DNA of 63,317 nt, the filler included, from Octopus bimaculoides (Eukaryota): assembly GCF_001194135.2 (NCBI RefSeq). It is 6 parts of 6 records of this genome, joined end to end, with 100 filler letters (N's around TTAATTAATTAA, not from the genome) between each part and the next. Parts side by side here need not be neighbours in the genome. Positions count along the whole stretch, not along the records: positions 30,841 to 38,655 come from NC_068999.1; positions 38,756 to 44,489 come from NC_069001.1; positions 44,590 to 58,130 come from NC_068991.1; 3 more parts are not named here. One strand, written 5' to 3'. The position numbers were made by a program, and so were the translations under genes. Of this stretch, positions 33,558 to 47,990 are shown piece by piece (the first letter of the stretch is position 1; the number at the start of each line of letters is the position of its first letter). The notes under the pieces are model-generated. The model was not told where the DNA came from and ran no database searches. It saw only the letters and a list, made by a program, of their open reading frames with translations.

Positions 33558-33960
33558 CTAGAGAGGGAGGAGGTAATACTTTTTGCAAGAAGGGAAAACC
33601 AAAACCAAGCCAAAGAGTTTGATTACCTTTGAAGACATCGATATCAAGTAGTAATAGAGTTTAGATATTAAAATGCGTGGAGATTAAATAAATAACACTT
33701 GACATGTCGGCACACCAAATACAAAAGACGTTCATTGTGGCGGTTTCTTGCGTTCCTTTGTCTTCGCTTGTTGACTTTTACTCTCAGACTCCTTTTACTA
33801 ACGCCAGACATTTGTTTGCCCTTTTCTTTCATTTAGCTTCTACAATATACACACATACATACGCACAACCATACTCTTCATTCCTGCACACACAGACACA
33901 CACACACACACACACACTCATATAAACCCATATACATACTCTGTCTATATGTATGTGTGT

Positions 33961-33999
<39 letters not shown>

Positions 34000-34249
34000 T
34001 TACACACACACATATGCACCTATTACACGTACATAGTATCTATGTTATATTTGGTATCGTTAAACAACTTAGTGAGGCGCAGCAATATCATATTTATTGA
34101 TGGCGGGCTCTATATATTTGGTAGAGTAGAGTCTAATATATTGATAATATTGCTTTGACCGGCACTTCAAGTTTCGCCTTTGACTGTTTATTTAATCAGT
34201 GAAGTCGTTAAAGGCGAGACGAAACTTCATATCCCAAACAAAGTAAACC

Positions 34250-34294
<45 letters not shown>

Positions 34295-34938
34295 NNNNNN
34301 NNNNNNNNNNNNNNNNNNNNNNNNNNNNNNNNNNNNNNNNNNNNNNNNNNNNNNNNNNNNNNNNNNNNNNNNNNNNNNNNNNNNNNNNNNNNNNNNNNNN
34401 NNNNNNNNNNNNNNNNNNNNNNNNNNNNNNNNNNNNNNNNNNNNNNNNNNNNNNNNNNNNNNNNNNNNNNNNNNNNNNNNNNNNNNNNNNNNNNNNNNNN
34501 NNNNNNNNNNNNNNNNNNNNNNNNNNNNNNNNNNNNNNNNNNNNNNNNNNNNNNNNNNNNNNNNNNNNNNNNNNNNNNNNNNNNNNNNNNNNNNNNNNNN
34601 NNNNNGTGTGTGTGTGTGTGTGTGAAGTTGGTTCAAATATGTTTGTGACATATTTCAACTTCAAGAGACAAATTCACCTGCAGTTTCTTTGGAGAAAAAA
34701 CAGTTGTCTTACAGTTAAAGGTGTAAAAATATCATAGGTGCCCAGTGCTGTCCCCTGTCGGATTCACATGCATACATATATATATACGTGCATACGTACA
34801 TACATATATACACACACTGTTGTTGATGTTGAAATTCCAATAAAAGAGCCTTGGATCTAGGTTCTTTCTCTATTGCCAAGAAATCTTGAAATAAACTGAA
34901 TAATGACATACATATATATATAGAGAGATATAGATATA

Positions 34939-34970
<32 letters not shown>

Positions 34971-35981
34971 GATATAAACATAGTTATAAATGTATGCATA
35001 TATATATACATGCATATACATGCATTATATATACATATATAGATATGAACATATAGCATGTGCTTACCCCGTTTTGTTTTTTGTATTTGTCATCTATTTT
35101 AAACAAAAAAAAATTTCGCGTCATTCCGCCCCACTCATCACCCCTTGGCTCACACTGCCCTCAATCTGCTATCCTCCCACCATTATCCCTAGCATTAACC
35201 CTCACTTTAAAACTATTCACTCATACAGATCTTCGTACTTCCTATATTGTCACTTCGCATTAAGAAACCACGCATTTCTGCTTGACTGCGTACACCCACC
35301 AACGTCCGCCGAAATCGTACCAACACACCACCTCACATTTCCATATCTCTGTCACCACGTGTCTATATATGTGTCTATATGCGCGCGTGTGTGTATGTGT
35401 GTGTGTGCGTGTAGTAACTTCAATTTAAATGACTCTAGCAGAATATTCTAGTAGTCATCTGGTAAAGCATTCAACAGTTAAAACGTTTTTTTTTTTTTTT
35501 CAGAAATACATTTTTATATTTTTTATTATGTATTTTTTCATGATTTTCTACGATTTCTTTCACTTTTGTTCTCTTTCTCTTTCATTTTATTTCCATATCC
35601 CACTGACATTAATTTTTAATTAAAGTCTCGAAGAGAATATGAAACCTAGCGCCATCGGTACATGATTGTGAATGAATGGTTCAGCATTCTCGCATACGTC
35701 AATTATTGCTCTTCTTCTTCTTCTTCTTCCTCTTCTTCTCCTCCTCCTCCTCCTTCTTCTTCTTCTTCTTCTTCTTCTTCTTCTTCTCATCATCTGTTTC
35801 ATCGTTGTCTCATCATCATCAACATCATCATCATATCATCATCACCACCTCAGCATCACCAACTCATCATCACCACCTCATCATCGCCACCATCGTCACC
35901 ATCATCATCATCATCATCATCATCACCACCCTCATCCCCTTCATTATCACAATCATCATCATTATCATCATCATCATCATT

Positions 35982-36019
<38 letters not shown>

Positions 36020-36332
36020 TATCATCATCATCACATTCATCAGTGCTATTCTACACAGTGCAATTCTACACAGTGCAACAGTAGCTGTCAACGAACACTA
36101 CGTCTATCCATCCGCTCCTGTTATCTTCGCTGTTTTGATTCTAACACCCTGTCAATTCCCTGCAGTCATCTTCTTTAACAACCGTCCAAAACTCAACTTC
36201 AAGAAAACAGGAAATTTTCAAATTTTTCAGTCTGAAAATACTATGTAAACCAAAAGAATGTCAACTGCCTCTTTAAATAACTCCAAAACAGAATTTCTGC
36301 CAAATTCACAACGCCAACTCGCGGAATATTCT

Positions 36333-36363
<31 letters not shown>

Positions 36364-36734
36364 AGACGCACACAGTTACACATGCCAGAGTCACTAATCC
36401 CTATTGACACACACACACTTACACATTCATACATACCATTCTCACATACACTCACACACGCACTCTTTCTTTTGGGATCACCAGCACTTTATTATCTCCC
36501 TTGCTTTCAACTTTTTTTCTAATTATTCGCCATGCTTGACCGCTAAATCTACAAGCTGGTTTTTTTTTTCCATTCCCTCTCTCTTTATTTTCTCTTATTC
36601 CTTTCATTTCAAGAGCGTAGACTCGAAACGTAAAAGACCTTTTCATTTCCCGAGCGTCAAACTAATACACCTGCTTGTTATTCATACACCTGTTTTTGTC
36701 TTTTCTTTTTTATAAATTTCAACTATATACATGC

Positions 36735-36776
<42 letters not shown>

Positions 36777-36842
36777 ACATACGTATATAAATACATGTAT
36801 GTATGTATGTATGTATGTATGTATGTATGTATGTCTATATAT

Positions 36843-36962
36843 ATTGGGTTGTCCGGAAAGTTCATGCCGATTTGTAAAGGAAAGAAAAAGGTCAATAAAT
36901 ACTTGCCATTACATTTTTAATCAACCAAATATGAACCATTTTTGTTGCACAATGCGTCTCCA
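36843..36962 (+). mobile_element. mariner TIR fragment
   Basis: TA|TTGGGTTGTCCGGAAAGTTC.. is a typical mariner terminus. Confidence 0.55.
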
Positions 36963-37083
36963 TCTTTCTCTCCCTCTCTCGGCCTCTTTCTCCGTCTTTC
37001 CCTCTCCACTGTTTTTCTCTCTCTCTGTTTCTCTCTTTGCCCCTGTCTCTTACACCCGCTCTCTCTTCCTCCATCTCTTCCCC

Positions 37084-37135
<52 letters not shown>

Positions 37136-37219
37136 TCATCCCTTCTCATTTCCGCAGTCTCTCCCTTCCTTTCTCTCTTCCGTTCCCTCTCTCTTTCCTC
37201 TCTTCCTTTATCTCTCACC

Positions 37220-37480
37220 GTTTGATTCGATCAACGGAACAGCCTGCTCGTGAAATTAGCGCGCAAGTGGTTGAGCACTCCACGGACACGTGTACCTTTA
37301 ACGTAATTCTCAGAGAGAGTCAACGCGACATAAAGTGTGACAAAACTGACCCTCTGAAATACAGATACTACTCATTTTTGCCAGCTGAGTGGACTGGAGC
37401 AACATGAAATAAAGTGTCTTGCTCAAGGACGCAACGCGTCACCGGGAATTGAACTCACGACCTTACGATCTCAAACTGAA
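37220..37480 (-). mobile_element. CORE-type SINE carrying the same 3' tail as the tRNA(Arg)-like SINE
   Basis: B box gagttcaattccc, CORE-like ccttgagcaagacact...ccagtccactcagctggc, then the tail ggagtgctcaaccacttgc...ttcacgagcaggctgttccgttgatcg. Confidence 0.8.
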
Positions 37481-38174
37481 CTCAAGACCTTACTAATAGC
37501 TTCATGTTTTTATGATACTTTAAATACGTCGTGTATCTCCAAGTAATCTTCCAGTCTCTGTTTATGCGTTATTTATATTTTAAAAATTAAGGACCCTGAA
37601 CAGTGAGAAAATAAGGGAAAATAAATTCACTCACAAATTATTAGACGCCCTGGGGCTATAGCAGAAGACACTTCTAGGTGCCGTGAATTGGAGCTGAACC
37701 CGAAATCACGTAATTGCAAAACAAACTTGGGTATTGATTAAAAAATTTTTTTTTATTAATTGTGATTTCAAATTTTGGCTCCAGGCCAGCAATTTCGAGA
37801 AGGAAGCAAATGGATTGCAACAACCCCAGTACTCATCTTGTACTTATTTTATTGACCTCGAAAAGCTAAAGGGTAAGGTCGACCTTGGCGAAATTTGAAC
37901 TCAGAATGTGAAGACGGACGAAATTCCGCTAAGCATTTTGCACGACGTGGTTAACCATTCTGCCGGCTCGCAGCCTTTTTTCTTTTTAATTTTGAAGGCA
38001 AGAAAATAAAACCTTCCCAAATATGTAATAGACAAGGCGATAAGGGCTCTATGGGGTTTAGTGGACTTGCTGAGAATTCACCTTACACATTTATGCATTT
38101 GCTACAAAATTTACGACGCTGTATTATAAATTCATGTTAAACTCCTCCAAGATTCATCAAACAAAATCAATTAC

Positions 38175-38243
38175 TTGGTGTCAGCGCCAGCAAACCAATC
38201 ACCAGACAACTAAAGTGAGATAAAACACGAAGTGTCGCGAAAC
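38175..38243 (-). other. Candidate 69-nt exon (minus strand; 5'UTR or phase-1 coding)
   Basis: Acceptor ttttttttttacattctgttatgtattag|G and donor CAA|gtaatt around non-repetitive sequence. Confidence 0.3.
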
Positions 38244-38560
38244 CTAATACATAACAGAATGTAAAAAAAAAAACGGCACAATTATAAAAACAAAAAAGAA
38301 ACAAAAGCAAGCGGGGAATTATAGAATAAATCATTGTTCAGAATGGGTTGCTGTCATTAGGAGCGGTCGGCGATAAACAATACATGTTGCTTAAATTTTT
38401 CATTCTTTTGTTTTATCTTAAATATGTAGGCACCAGACTGTTGAAAATGTCTACGAAGGAAATCATTGAGTCAAACCTTCGACGACACATTCATACAGAC
38501 CGAATTGCACACAAAAGTATATGCATATGGGTGTGTGTCTGTGTGTGTGCGCGTGTGTGT

Positions 38561-38609
<49 letters not shown>

Positions 38610-39951
38610 ACTGCGTATTTGCAAAAACGCGCGTGCGAACTCGTGTATATGTATGNNNNNNNNNNNNNNNNNNNNNNNNNNNNNNNNNNNNNNNNNNNNT
38701 TAATTAATTAANNNNNNNNNNNNNNNNNNNNNNNNNNNNNNNNNNNNNNNNNNNNCAAACATCATTGCCGACACCACCACCACCATGATCATAACCACTG
38801 CCATCACCACCACCACCACCACCACCACCACCATCATCCAGCAATTGGTAGAAACTTAACTTTTATCGACCCTCACCCAAGACTGATGAAGCCAAGCTGA
38901 CCTCAGAAACTAGAACACAGATTCTAAGGAGACATTATACTTCATTACAGCAGACCCCCTACAAATATGACAGGTACTTAAATTCTTCTACTGACCCAGG
39001 AACTAACACCACTACTCACGTCTACCTCCACAAAAAAAGGAATTGGTCAGGAAAAAAAGGCATAAAATGACATAAGTAAATGCCGCAAACCATTTTAAGT
39101 CCCATGCTTTAAAAGAATCGACGCTGCCATTTTCGCAGCCTCCTTCTACAGCCACCATCACCGTTTCCAAAGAAATAAATATATAAATAAATTAAATGTA
39201 CATCTACATACATATATATACATACATACATATATGCATGTGAGTGTGTGTGTGTATATATATATGTAAGTATGTAAGATACATTCAATGCTAAGTTAAT
39301 TATAACATGAAAGGAATGGTAAAAATAGAAGAGGGCGAGGAGGAAGGGGGGAGATGGAAAAGGAGGAAGGGGAGAAGGAAAAGGAGGAAGAAGAAGAAGT
39401 GGCAGGAGGGGAGAAGAGAAAAAGAGAAAAAAAAAAAAACAGACACCGTTATTGCAATCAATGAAGTCAATTTGGATAGCAAACCGCATAAAACAGTGAT
39501 AGCATGGAGCTGAGAATACACATCCACACATGCATACACACCCTCATACACACGCACACACACACACACATGTATATGTGCACACACTCAAGAACCTGTA
39601 TATAAGTATATGTATATATGAGCATGTAAGAATGTGTAAGCATACATATACACATGTAGTCATTCATATCTAAGCAGACATCAAATACATATACACATAT
39701 ACATACATATGCAAATACATATAGATCAAACACACACACGTGTGTGTATACATGTATAATACATATGCACTTATGTATGCTTACATATGTACATTTGTAT
39801 ATATATAAACACAAATGTACACATGACCATATATATGTGTGTGTGTATATACACGCATTTATATATGTATATATATAAACACAAGTGTACACATGACCAT
39901 ATATGTGTGTATGTGTATACACGCGTTTATATATGTATATACTTATATCTA

Positions 39952-40055
<104 letters not shown>

Positions 40056-40062
40056 TAGATAC

Positions 40063-40095
<33 letters not shown>

Positions 40096-40706
40096 TAAGT
40101 GCATGTGTGTTTATGTGTGTATATATATGAATGTGCATGTGTGTTTGTATATATGTGTATATATATATATATATATACACACACATACATACACACACAT
40201 GCATGTGTTTATATATGTATTATATGTGTGTGTGTGTAATTGCACATTTGTCAAATACACAAGTACAGATGTGTATAGTTACAAACGTAATTATACATAC
40301 AAAAGTAGAGACGTATACAGGCATGTATAGATGTCCACATACACCTACAGACAAATCTATCTATAATTACACTCACATGTATACATACACACATGCAAAT
40401 ATGCATACTTACTTATGCAAATATCTTGCATGCATAAACAGTGCTCCCATCACCAGCTAGGGTACAATCAGCACTTGCCAAGGGGCCTCCCAAATCTAAG
40501 GGCTCAGCTATGATCTATGTATTTGGGGGCTGCTGTCAATAAATATTATAGGGCCTAGTGCATTGATTTTCCCAGGGACCCGTAATGCCAGTAAGACAGC
40601 TCTGTATATATGTGTATACAAATATACACATGTGCATACATATACACATGCACAAATGCATACACAAGCACATACATGTATATACACAAATGAATGTAAA
40701 TAAGCA

Positions 40707-40738
<32 letters not shown>

Positions 40739-42059
40739 AACACAAATGTATACACGATACATGCAGACAGACAGACATAAGAGATTTTAGAAACACAGTA
40801 TATGTATATATATATATATATATANNNNNNNNNNNNNNNNNNNNNNNNNNNNNNNNNNNNNNNNNNNNNNNNNNNNNNNNNNNNNNNNNNNNNNNNNNNN
40901 NNNNNNNNNNNNNNNNNNNNNNNNNNNNNNNNNNNNNNNNNNNNNNNNNNNNNNNNNNNNNNNNNNNNNNNNNNNNNNNNNNNNNNNNNNNNNNNNNNNN
41001 NNNNNNNNNNNNNNNNNNNNNNNNNNNNNNNNNNNNNNNNNNNNNNNNNNNNNNNNNNNNNNNNNNNNNNNNNNNNNNNNNNNNNNNNNNNNNNNNNNNN
41101 NNNNNNNNNNNNNNNNNNNNNNNNNNNNNNNNNNNNNNNNNNNNNNNNNNNNNNNNNNNNNNNNNNNNNNNNNNNNNNNNNNNNNNNNNNNNNNNNNNNN
41201 NNNNNNNNNNNNNNNNNNNNNNNNNNNNNNNNNNNNNNNNNNNNNNNNNNNNNNNNNNNNNNNNNNNNNNNNNNNNNNNNNNNNNNNNNNNNNNNNNNNN
41301 NNNNNNNNNNNNNNNNNNNNNNNNNNNNNNNNNNNNNNNNNNNNNNNNNNNNNNNNNNNNNNNNNNNNNNNNNNNNNNNNNNNNNNNNNNNNNNNNNNNN
41401 NNNNNNNNNNNNNNNNNNNNNNNNNNNNNNNNNNNNNNNNNNNNNNNNNNNNNNNNNNNNNNNNNNNNNNNNNNNNNNNNNNNNNNNNNNNNNNNNNNNN
41501 NNCCTGTGATCTGTGTCAAACTCTGCACTTCACGTTACACACGTCGCTAAGGTCACATTTGCAGGTGGCGGTAAAGTCAATCATGTGACTATAAAACGCT
41601 GGCTTTGGAGGGGGGGGGGGGCTCTCATCAGAACCTGAATGAGAACATTAAGTGTTGGAGGTTATAAACAAACATGTGGCCATGTACACCCTTCCAGGGC
41701 TGGGGGCAAGTCGACCACCAGTAGTCCCACCAAAGACCAACTCTATGCAATGCCATTCATCCTGAACAGAGTGATCGGGCACCTGTAGTATGTGAAAGGG
41801 TTTGCCAGTTGATTGACACAGTTTAGAGGGATTCATATCTGATAAAGTGATCTGGTTAATCCAGTGGGGGTTACAACTTTCTCATGGGTCACCTATGCTT
41901 CAAACCAAGAAGTGAGATTGAGCAGTCAGTCATTGGAGAGGTCATAAATGGAATGTCAGAAATGCCATTGACAATGAAGAAGCTTAGAGAGCTGCCAATC
42001 ATCTGCATAGATGGAGCAGACACCACACACACACACACACATACACACACACGTTTTAC

Positions 42060-42445
42060 CTTTTACTTGTTTCAGTCATTAGACAGAGGCCATGCTGGAG
42101 CACTGCCTTGAAGAATTTTAGTTGAACGAATCAACCTAAATACTTATTTCTTAAGCCTGATATTTTCTCAATCAGACTCCTTTGCTGAGCTGCTTACTTG
42201 CAGGGACATAAACACACCAACATCGGTTGTCAAGTGATGGTGAGGTGGGGAAAAACATATACAGAAAGACACACACACAAACACACATACATACATACAT
42301 ACAGGCTTCTGTCAGTTTCCATCGACCAAATCCACTCACAAGGCTTGGTTGGCCCGAGGCTATGGGAGAAGACACTTGCCCAAAGTGCCACGCAGTGAGA
42401 CTGAACCTGATACCATGTAGTTGGGAAGCAAACTTCTTACCACAG
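42060..42445 (-). mobile_element. CORE-type SINE, near full length
   Basis: tRNA-like head, ctttgggcaagtgtcttct CORE-like block, internal (TG)n and the tail ...gctccagcatggcc..tgactgaaacaagtaaaa. Confidence 0.8.
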
Positions 42446-42801
42446 AGAGACAGAGAGACAGACAGACAGACAGACAGTCATATCAGATAGACCCATTCCA
42501 TATGGACATGTGGCATAACATGCCCACATAGAAACCATAAAAATTATATATTGCATTGTAGTTGAAATAACAATGATCTATAAACATACATTGTGTGTGG
42601 TCCTATAAAAGAGTTTGTATAAAACTGGTAGCAGAGAGTCTGGTGAGAGGGACAGAATCATGAACATTATAGGAATGTTTGACCAGCAAAACGTGTGTGT
42701 GTGTTTGTGTGTGAAAGAGAGAGAGAGAGAGAGAAATACATACAAAATCATTAATCTTTAGCTATTACAGATGTTTCATCAATCTGCATGTGTGTGTATT
42801 C

Positions 42802-42856
<55 letters not shown>

Positions 42857-44185
42857 CATCTACACACATACATGCATACATACATATGCACATTTCCATA
42901 AATATACAGACACATGCAGACATACACACATATATAAATACAAACACACACAGATTCACATATATATATACATACACATACACACAAATCTAATCACACA
43001 CATGCACATGAAAATACATATACATAAACATACACACAAACACGGAGACACACACATATATATATCCAAGCATACACACATATGTAGATACACACATACC
43101 ATCACACATACACACACTCAAATATGCAGACATACACATGTACATGCATACACACACAAACATAGACATATGCATTAATTAATATGGAATATAAACAAAC
43201 AGGTCCAACATCAATAAACTGTAGTACATAGATATACCATGCATCAGCTGTCAGGGGTCACAGATGAGGTCAAAGGTCAGAGTTTAATCACCAGGCTGGT
43301 TTAATATCTATAACATGTGCTCTATGCCCCACAGCCACTTCAATACAAAGTCAGTGTATGTGGGGTAAGGGTGGAGGGATCACCCCCCCCCCTGACAAAG
43401 GGGCTATTCAGAGAAGCCTAAACAATATACATACATACATACATATATATATAATATATATATATATAAATACCCCACCTCCAGCTGGTGATGGTGAATC
43501 TAGGCAGTCACCTGACCTACTCAAAATAGCAGCCAAATACCCCTCATATGAAAAAATTAATGGCAGGGATGTGACTAGAAGGGTCAGGGCTGAACTAGAG
43601 TTAAACAATAACAACAACAAAATGTTTCTAACAATAGCTTGGGGCCCTGAAATTTTGGGGAGTGTGGGGAGGTGTAGTTGATTAAATTGAATTCATGTTA
43701 ATTCATTTTACTGAACCCTAAAGGGATAAAAGACAAAGCTGACCTTAGTGCAATTTGAACTCAGAATGTAAAGAGATGGGACAAATACAGCAAGACATTT
43801 TGTCCGACACTCAGGATTCCAGCTGTCCACTGTCATGTTTTGAACATAAGCAAGATGTTGGAAATTTGAGGAAAGAGGGCAGTCAGTTATATGGACCCCG
43901 GTACTTGATTGGTGTGGGTAAAGGGCAAAGCTGACCTCGATGGCTTTTGAACTCAGAATGTAAAGAGTTGGGACAAACACTGCAAAACATTTCGTCTGAT
44001 ACCCTAATAATTCAAGCACCCATTGTAGTTGCTTCTAACACAAGAAAGATATCAGAAATTTGAGGAGAGATTAAGTCAATTATATCAACGTGAATTAATG
44101 ACTGGTACCTTATTTCATCCATACTGAAAGGATGAAGGGTAAAGTTGATTTCAGTGGGATTTGAACTCAGAATATGAAGAATATA

Positions 44186-44384
44186 GGCGCAGGAGTGGCT
44201 GTGTGGTAAGTAGCTTGCTTACCAACAACATGGTTCCAGGTTCAGTCCCACTGCATGGCACCTTGGGCAAGTGTCTTCTACTATAGCTTCGGGCCGACCA
44301 AAGCCTTGTGAGTGGATTTGGTAGACAGAAACTGAAAGAAGCCTGTCGTATACATGTGTGTATATATATATATGTGCGTGTGTG

Positions 44385-44417
<33 letters not shown>

Positions 44418-44489
44418 ATTTGTCCCCCAACATCGCTTGACAACCGATGCTGGTGTGTTTACGTACCTGTAACTTAGCGGTTCGGCAAA
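44186..44489 (+). mobile_element. CORE-type SINE with tRNA-like head
   Basis: ggcgcaggagtggctgtgtggtaag...ggttcagtccca, then ccttgggcaagtgtcttct (matches the start of the MIR/CORE domain). Further partial copies at about 14020-14140, 14670-14800 and 52545-52605. Confidence 0.82.
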
Positions 44490-46787
44490 NNNNNNNNNNN
44501 NNNNNNNNNNNNNNNNNNNNNNNNNNNNNNNNNTTAATTAATTAANNNNNNNNNNNNNNNNNNNNNNNNNNNNNNNNNNNNNNNNNNNNAATAAATGTAA
44601 CAACAACAAAAAACAATGCTACAAGAACAGTAATAACAATAATAATCACGATAATAAACATTAAATAAAATAGAATAAAAAAAATATTCGGAACGCATTA
44701 TTTAATTTGGACGTTTGTCTTGCAAGATGGAAGATGGAAAAAAAGAGGGGGATTGATAAGTGAGGAGGAGGAGGAGGTGGAGAAGAAGAAGAAGAAGTTT
44801 TTGGTGCATGCGTGAAGAAACAAGACGGTGGTTGCGACGGCGTTCGTTCTTGACCTGTACCTCTCCTTGCCTATCTGCATCCATGCCACCTCGCCTTCTT
44901 ACCTCACGGTTTCCTGCACCCACGGGTTCCCCCTTCTCACACTCCAACACCCTCCACATCCCCACCCTCATCCCCGTACAACACTCAATCCAATCTCTCT
45001 TTCCGTCTCTTATTGCACTCCACCGCACGGCATTGCATTTTCCACCCCCGCCGCCCTTCACCAATTTTCCCCTAACCACTCCAATCCACACCACAGCATA
45101 ACGCCGCTCAGTGCAGTACAGTACAGTACAAAACAACAGTCCACATAAAAACAACAGCAACACACATCACTCTTATGAGTCGAGCATGAAGGGGAAATAT
45201 CTAACAAAAACAAAAAAGATAAGCGTAAAAGAAAATGTTTTTGTAAAATACAACAAAAAATAAATTTCTATAGGTGCTGAACAGTTAAGTGAAAAATAGT
45301 AATTCAGGGTTAAAATAGATTATAGGATTGGATAGAGAAACTATTTATAGGGGAAAGGCATGAATGTTGAAACTTCTCGTTGGCAGATCTTTTACTGCGT
45401 GCATGCGTGGTGGTGGTGGTGGGAGAACTATATTTAGAGAAGAAATTTCTGTTCGAGTTTGTGTATGTAGGCATGGCATACATGTGTGTGTGTGTGTGTG
45501 TATAAATAAATGTATGTGTGTATGTATGCATTTATAGGTCTGTCTGTCTGTATGTATGTATGTATGACTATACGTGTATATATATATATATATANNNNNN
45601 NNNNNNNNNNNNNNNNNNNNNNNNNNNNNNNNNNNNNNNNNNNNNNNNNNNNNNNNNNNNNNNNNNNNNNNNNNNNNNNNNNNNNNNNNNNNNNNNNNNN
45701 NNNNNNNNNNNNNNNNNNNNNNNNNTATATATATATATATATACACATATATATATATGTACTTATGCATGAGTGCGTGTGTGTATGTGTGAGTATATAT
45801 GTATATATATATATTTTCATTTTTTTTTCATTTTATCCAGTTTCAGCTCATGAGCTGTGGCCATGCTGGGGCACCGATATATATATATATATGTATATGA
45901 TTATATACACACACACACATTAACATTTAGCTATTGTTTCTGCATATCAACCGTTTATTTTTCTGCTTAATGATTCTTTGAGCGATGTATTACAGAAGTG
46001 ACATTTATTCGCTCAATGTCTCAAGTAAATTTCTCATTTTGGCATAGTCAACAATAACATCAACAACAACAACAGCGTCAACAACAGCACCAATGAATAA
46101 TGAATTCTGGTATGGGTAGGAGATCATAAATTTATAAGTGGTGACCGATAAATTTTCAAGGGATGGGCAGGATGTAGCTCCAGTCGACCTGCAACATCAT
46201 GCCAAGTAGTTATATTGACCTTTGAGGGAAAAGAATAGTTAAAATTGAAATCAGTAGGTTTTCAACTCAAAGGGAAAAAGGGCCATTACTAAACATATGG
46301 AGGCATTCGTCCCGACTCAACAGAGTAAGAATTCTGGTAATCCACTGCTTCCTGCAATATAATCATTTCTAAAATTATTTCTAACATGAACGGGTGGCGA
46401 GCCGGCGGTATCATTTAGATCGTCGGACAAAAATGTTGTGTGGTATTTCTTTGGGTTTCACGTTTTCAGTTCAAATTTCACTGAGTCGACTTTGCTTTTC
46501 AACCCTTTAGGGGCCGTTAAAATAACTATCAGTGGGGCCGATGTGATCGACTAACTATTTCATCTCAAAATTTTAGGTCTTGTGCCTTTCGTAGAAAGAA
46601 TAATTATTTCTAACATAAGCACAAGATCACAATATTGGGGAAATTTTGTGAATTAAATCAATTTCTGTGATTTTGACGTGTAGTTTATTTTACGAAGTTG
46701 GGGATTTCGACAAAGAGCAAAAAGAACATAACTACGTACCGCAAGATGTTTAACCTGATGCTCTAATGATTCTGCCACCCGAGCAAC

Positions 46788-46865
<78 letters not shown>

Positions 46866-47119
46866 TGCATATATAATATACATACATCTATACAGTTTCG
46901 AAGGGAGTTGTCTGGTCGTTTACACCGACACCGGAAGAATGAAAGAANNNNNNNNNNNNNNNNNNNNNNNNNNNNNNNNNNNNNNNNNNNNNNNNNNNNN
47001 NNNNNNNNNNNNNNNNNNNNNNNNNNNNNNNNNNNNNNNNNNNNNNNNNNNNNNNNNNNNNNNNNNNNNNNNNNNNNNNNNNNNNNNNNNNNNNNNNNNN
47101 NNNNNNNNNNNNNNNNNNN

Positions 47120-47990
47120 CATTCAAATTAGTTATTAATTGTTATGATGTGATATTTGATATTTAATTCAATGCAAGGACCCTGTTAGGCATGTTACTGA
47201 TCAGATGACGAATATTCTCCTGCGGAATTTCTTGCCAAGTTTCATGCAGTAATCTCAAAACGTCTGGCTTTGAAGATGCTCTCTTGTTCTTTTTATGAAG
47301 TGTCCTGTCCATTATGTCCCAGAGGTGTTCAATAGGGTTCATATCTGGTGACTGGCTTAGCCATGGAAGCTTTTTAATGCCATTTTCATCCAACAAATCT
47401 TGATTTATTTTAGTTGTGTGACAAGGAGCCCACTCTTCCATAAATAAAGAGTCTTCTTTAATCATTTCACCACTGGAGAAGATTGGAAGGTGTTCTTTCT
47501 GCAATATGGACACATATTTATCTGAATTTATATTTCCCTCACACTTCACCAGCTCTGATCAACCATTGCACCAAATTGCTCCCCAGGCCATCACAGATTA
47601 GCTGCCATGTTTCATTATTGGCTGCAATCTTTTGACATAAAATTCTTGACCACAGAGTTTGCAGACCCACACTCGATAACTGTCAAGAAATACAGCAAAT
47701 CTGGACTCGTCAGAGAATATGACAGTGTCCCAAGATGCTAGTGGCCTCTTCACCATATCACTGGGCCAATCTTTTCTTTACTTAATGTTAGCTGGTCGAA
47801 GAAGTGGAATTCTTCTTGCTGCTTTACCATAGTAACCAAATTTGTGGCGATACCTGACAGCCGTTCTGGGACTTGTTCTGCTATGCCCGAAGCCTTGCAA
47901 CAGGCATTATCTTCCAAACTTCTCTTAACAGAGAGACGAAGTGAAAAATCTATGTGAATTCGTAGGGATTTTTAAAAACTGTTTTAAGGT
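47120..47990 (-). pseudogene. Tc1 (DD34E) transposase remnant
   Basis: VIFSDESRF, MAWGAIW, LFMEEWAPCHT (degenerate QDGAP) and PWLSQSPDMNPIEHLWDIM. Confidence 0.9.

Noticed and set aside
34166-34228. Short imperfect hairpin as a pre-miRNA
   Set aside because: Only about 10 contiguous pairs plus a bulged extension, and no match to a miRNA I recognise. Small-RNA data would be needed.
38883-38910. Hammerhead ribozyme (CTGATGA...GAAAC); also CTGATGAG near 9233
   Set aside because: Helix II cannot form at 38.9 kb, and the 9.2 kb site lacks a properly placed GAAA.
41640-42010. Exon or retroelement ORF in a complex-sequence island
   Set aside because: Short ORFs with no recognisable motif or convincing splice pair. 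Probably decayed TE, but unassignable.
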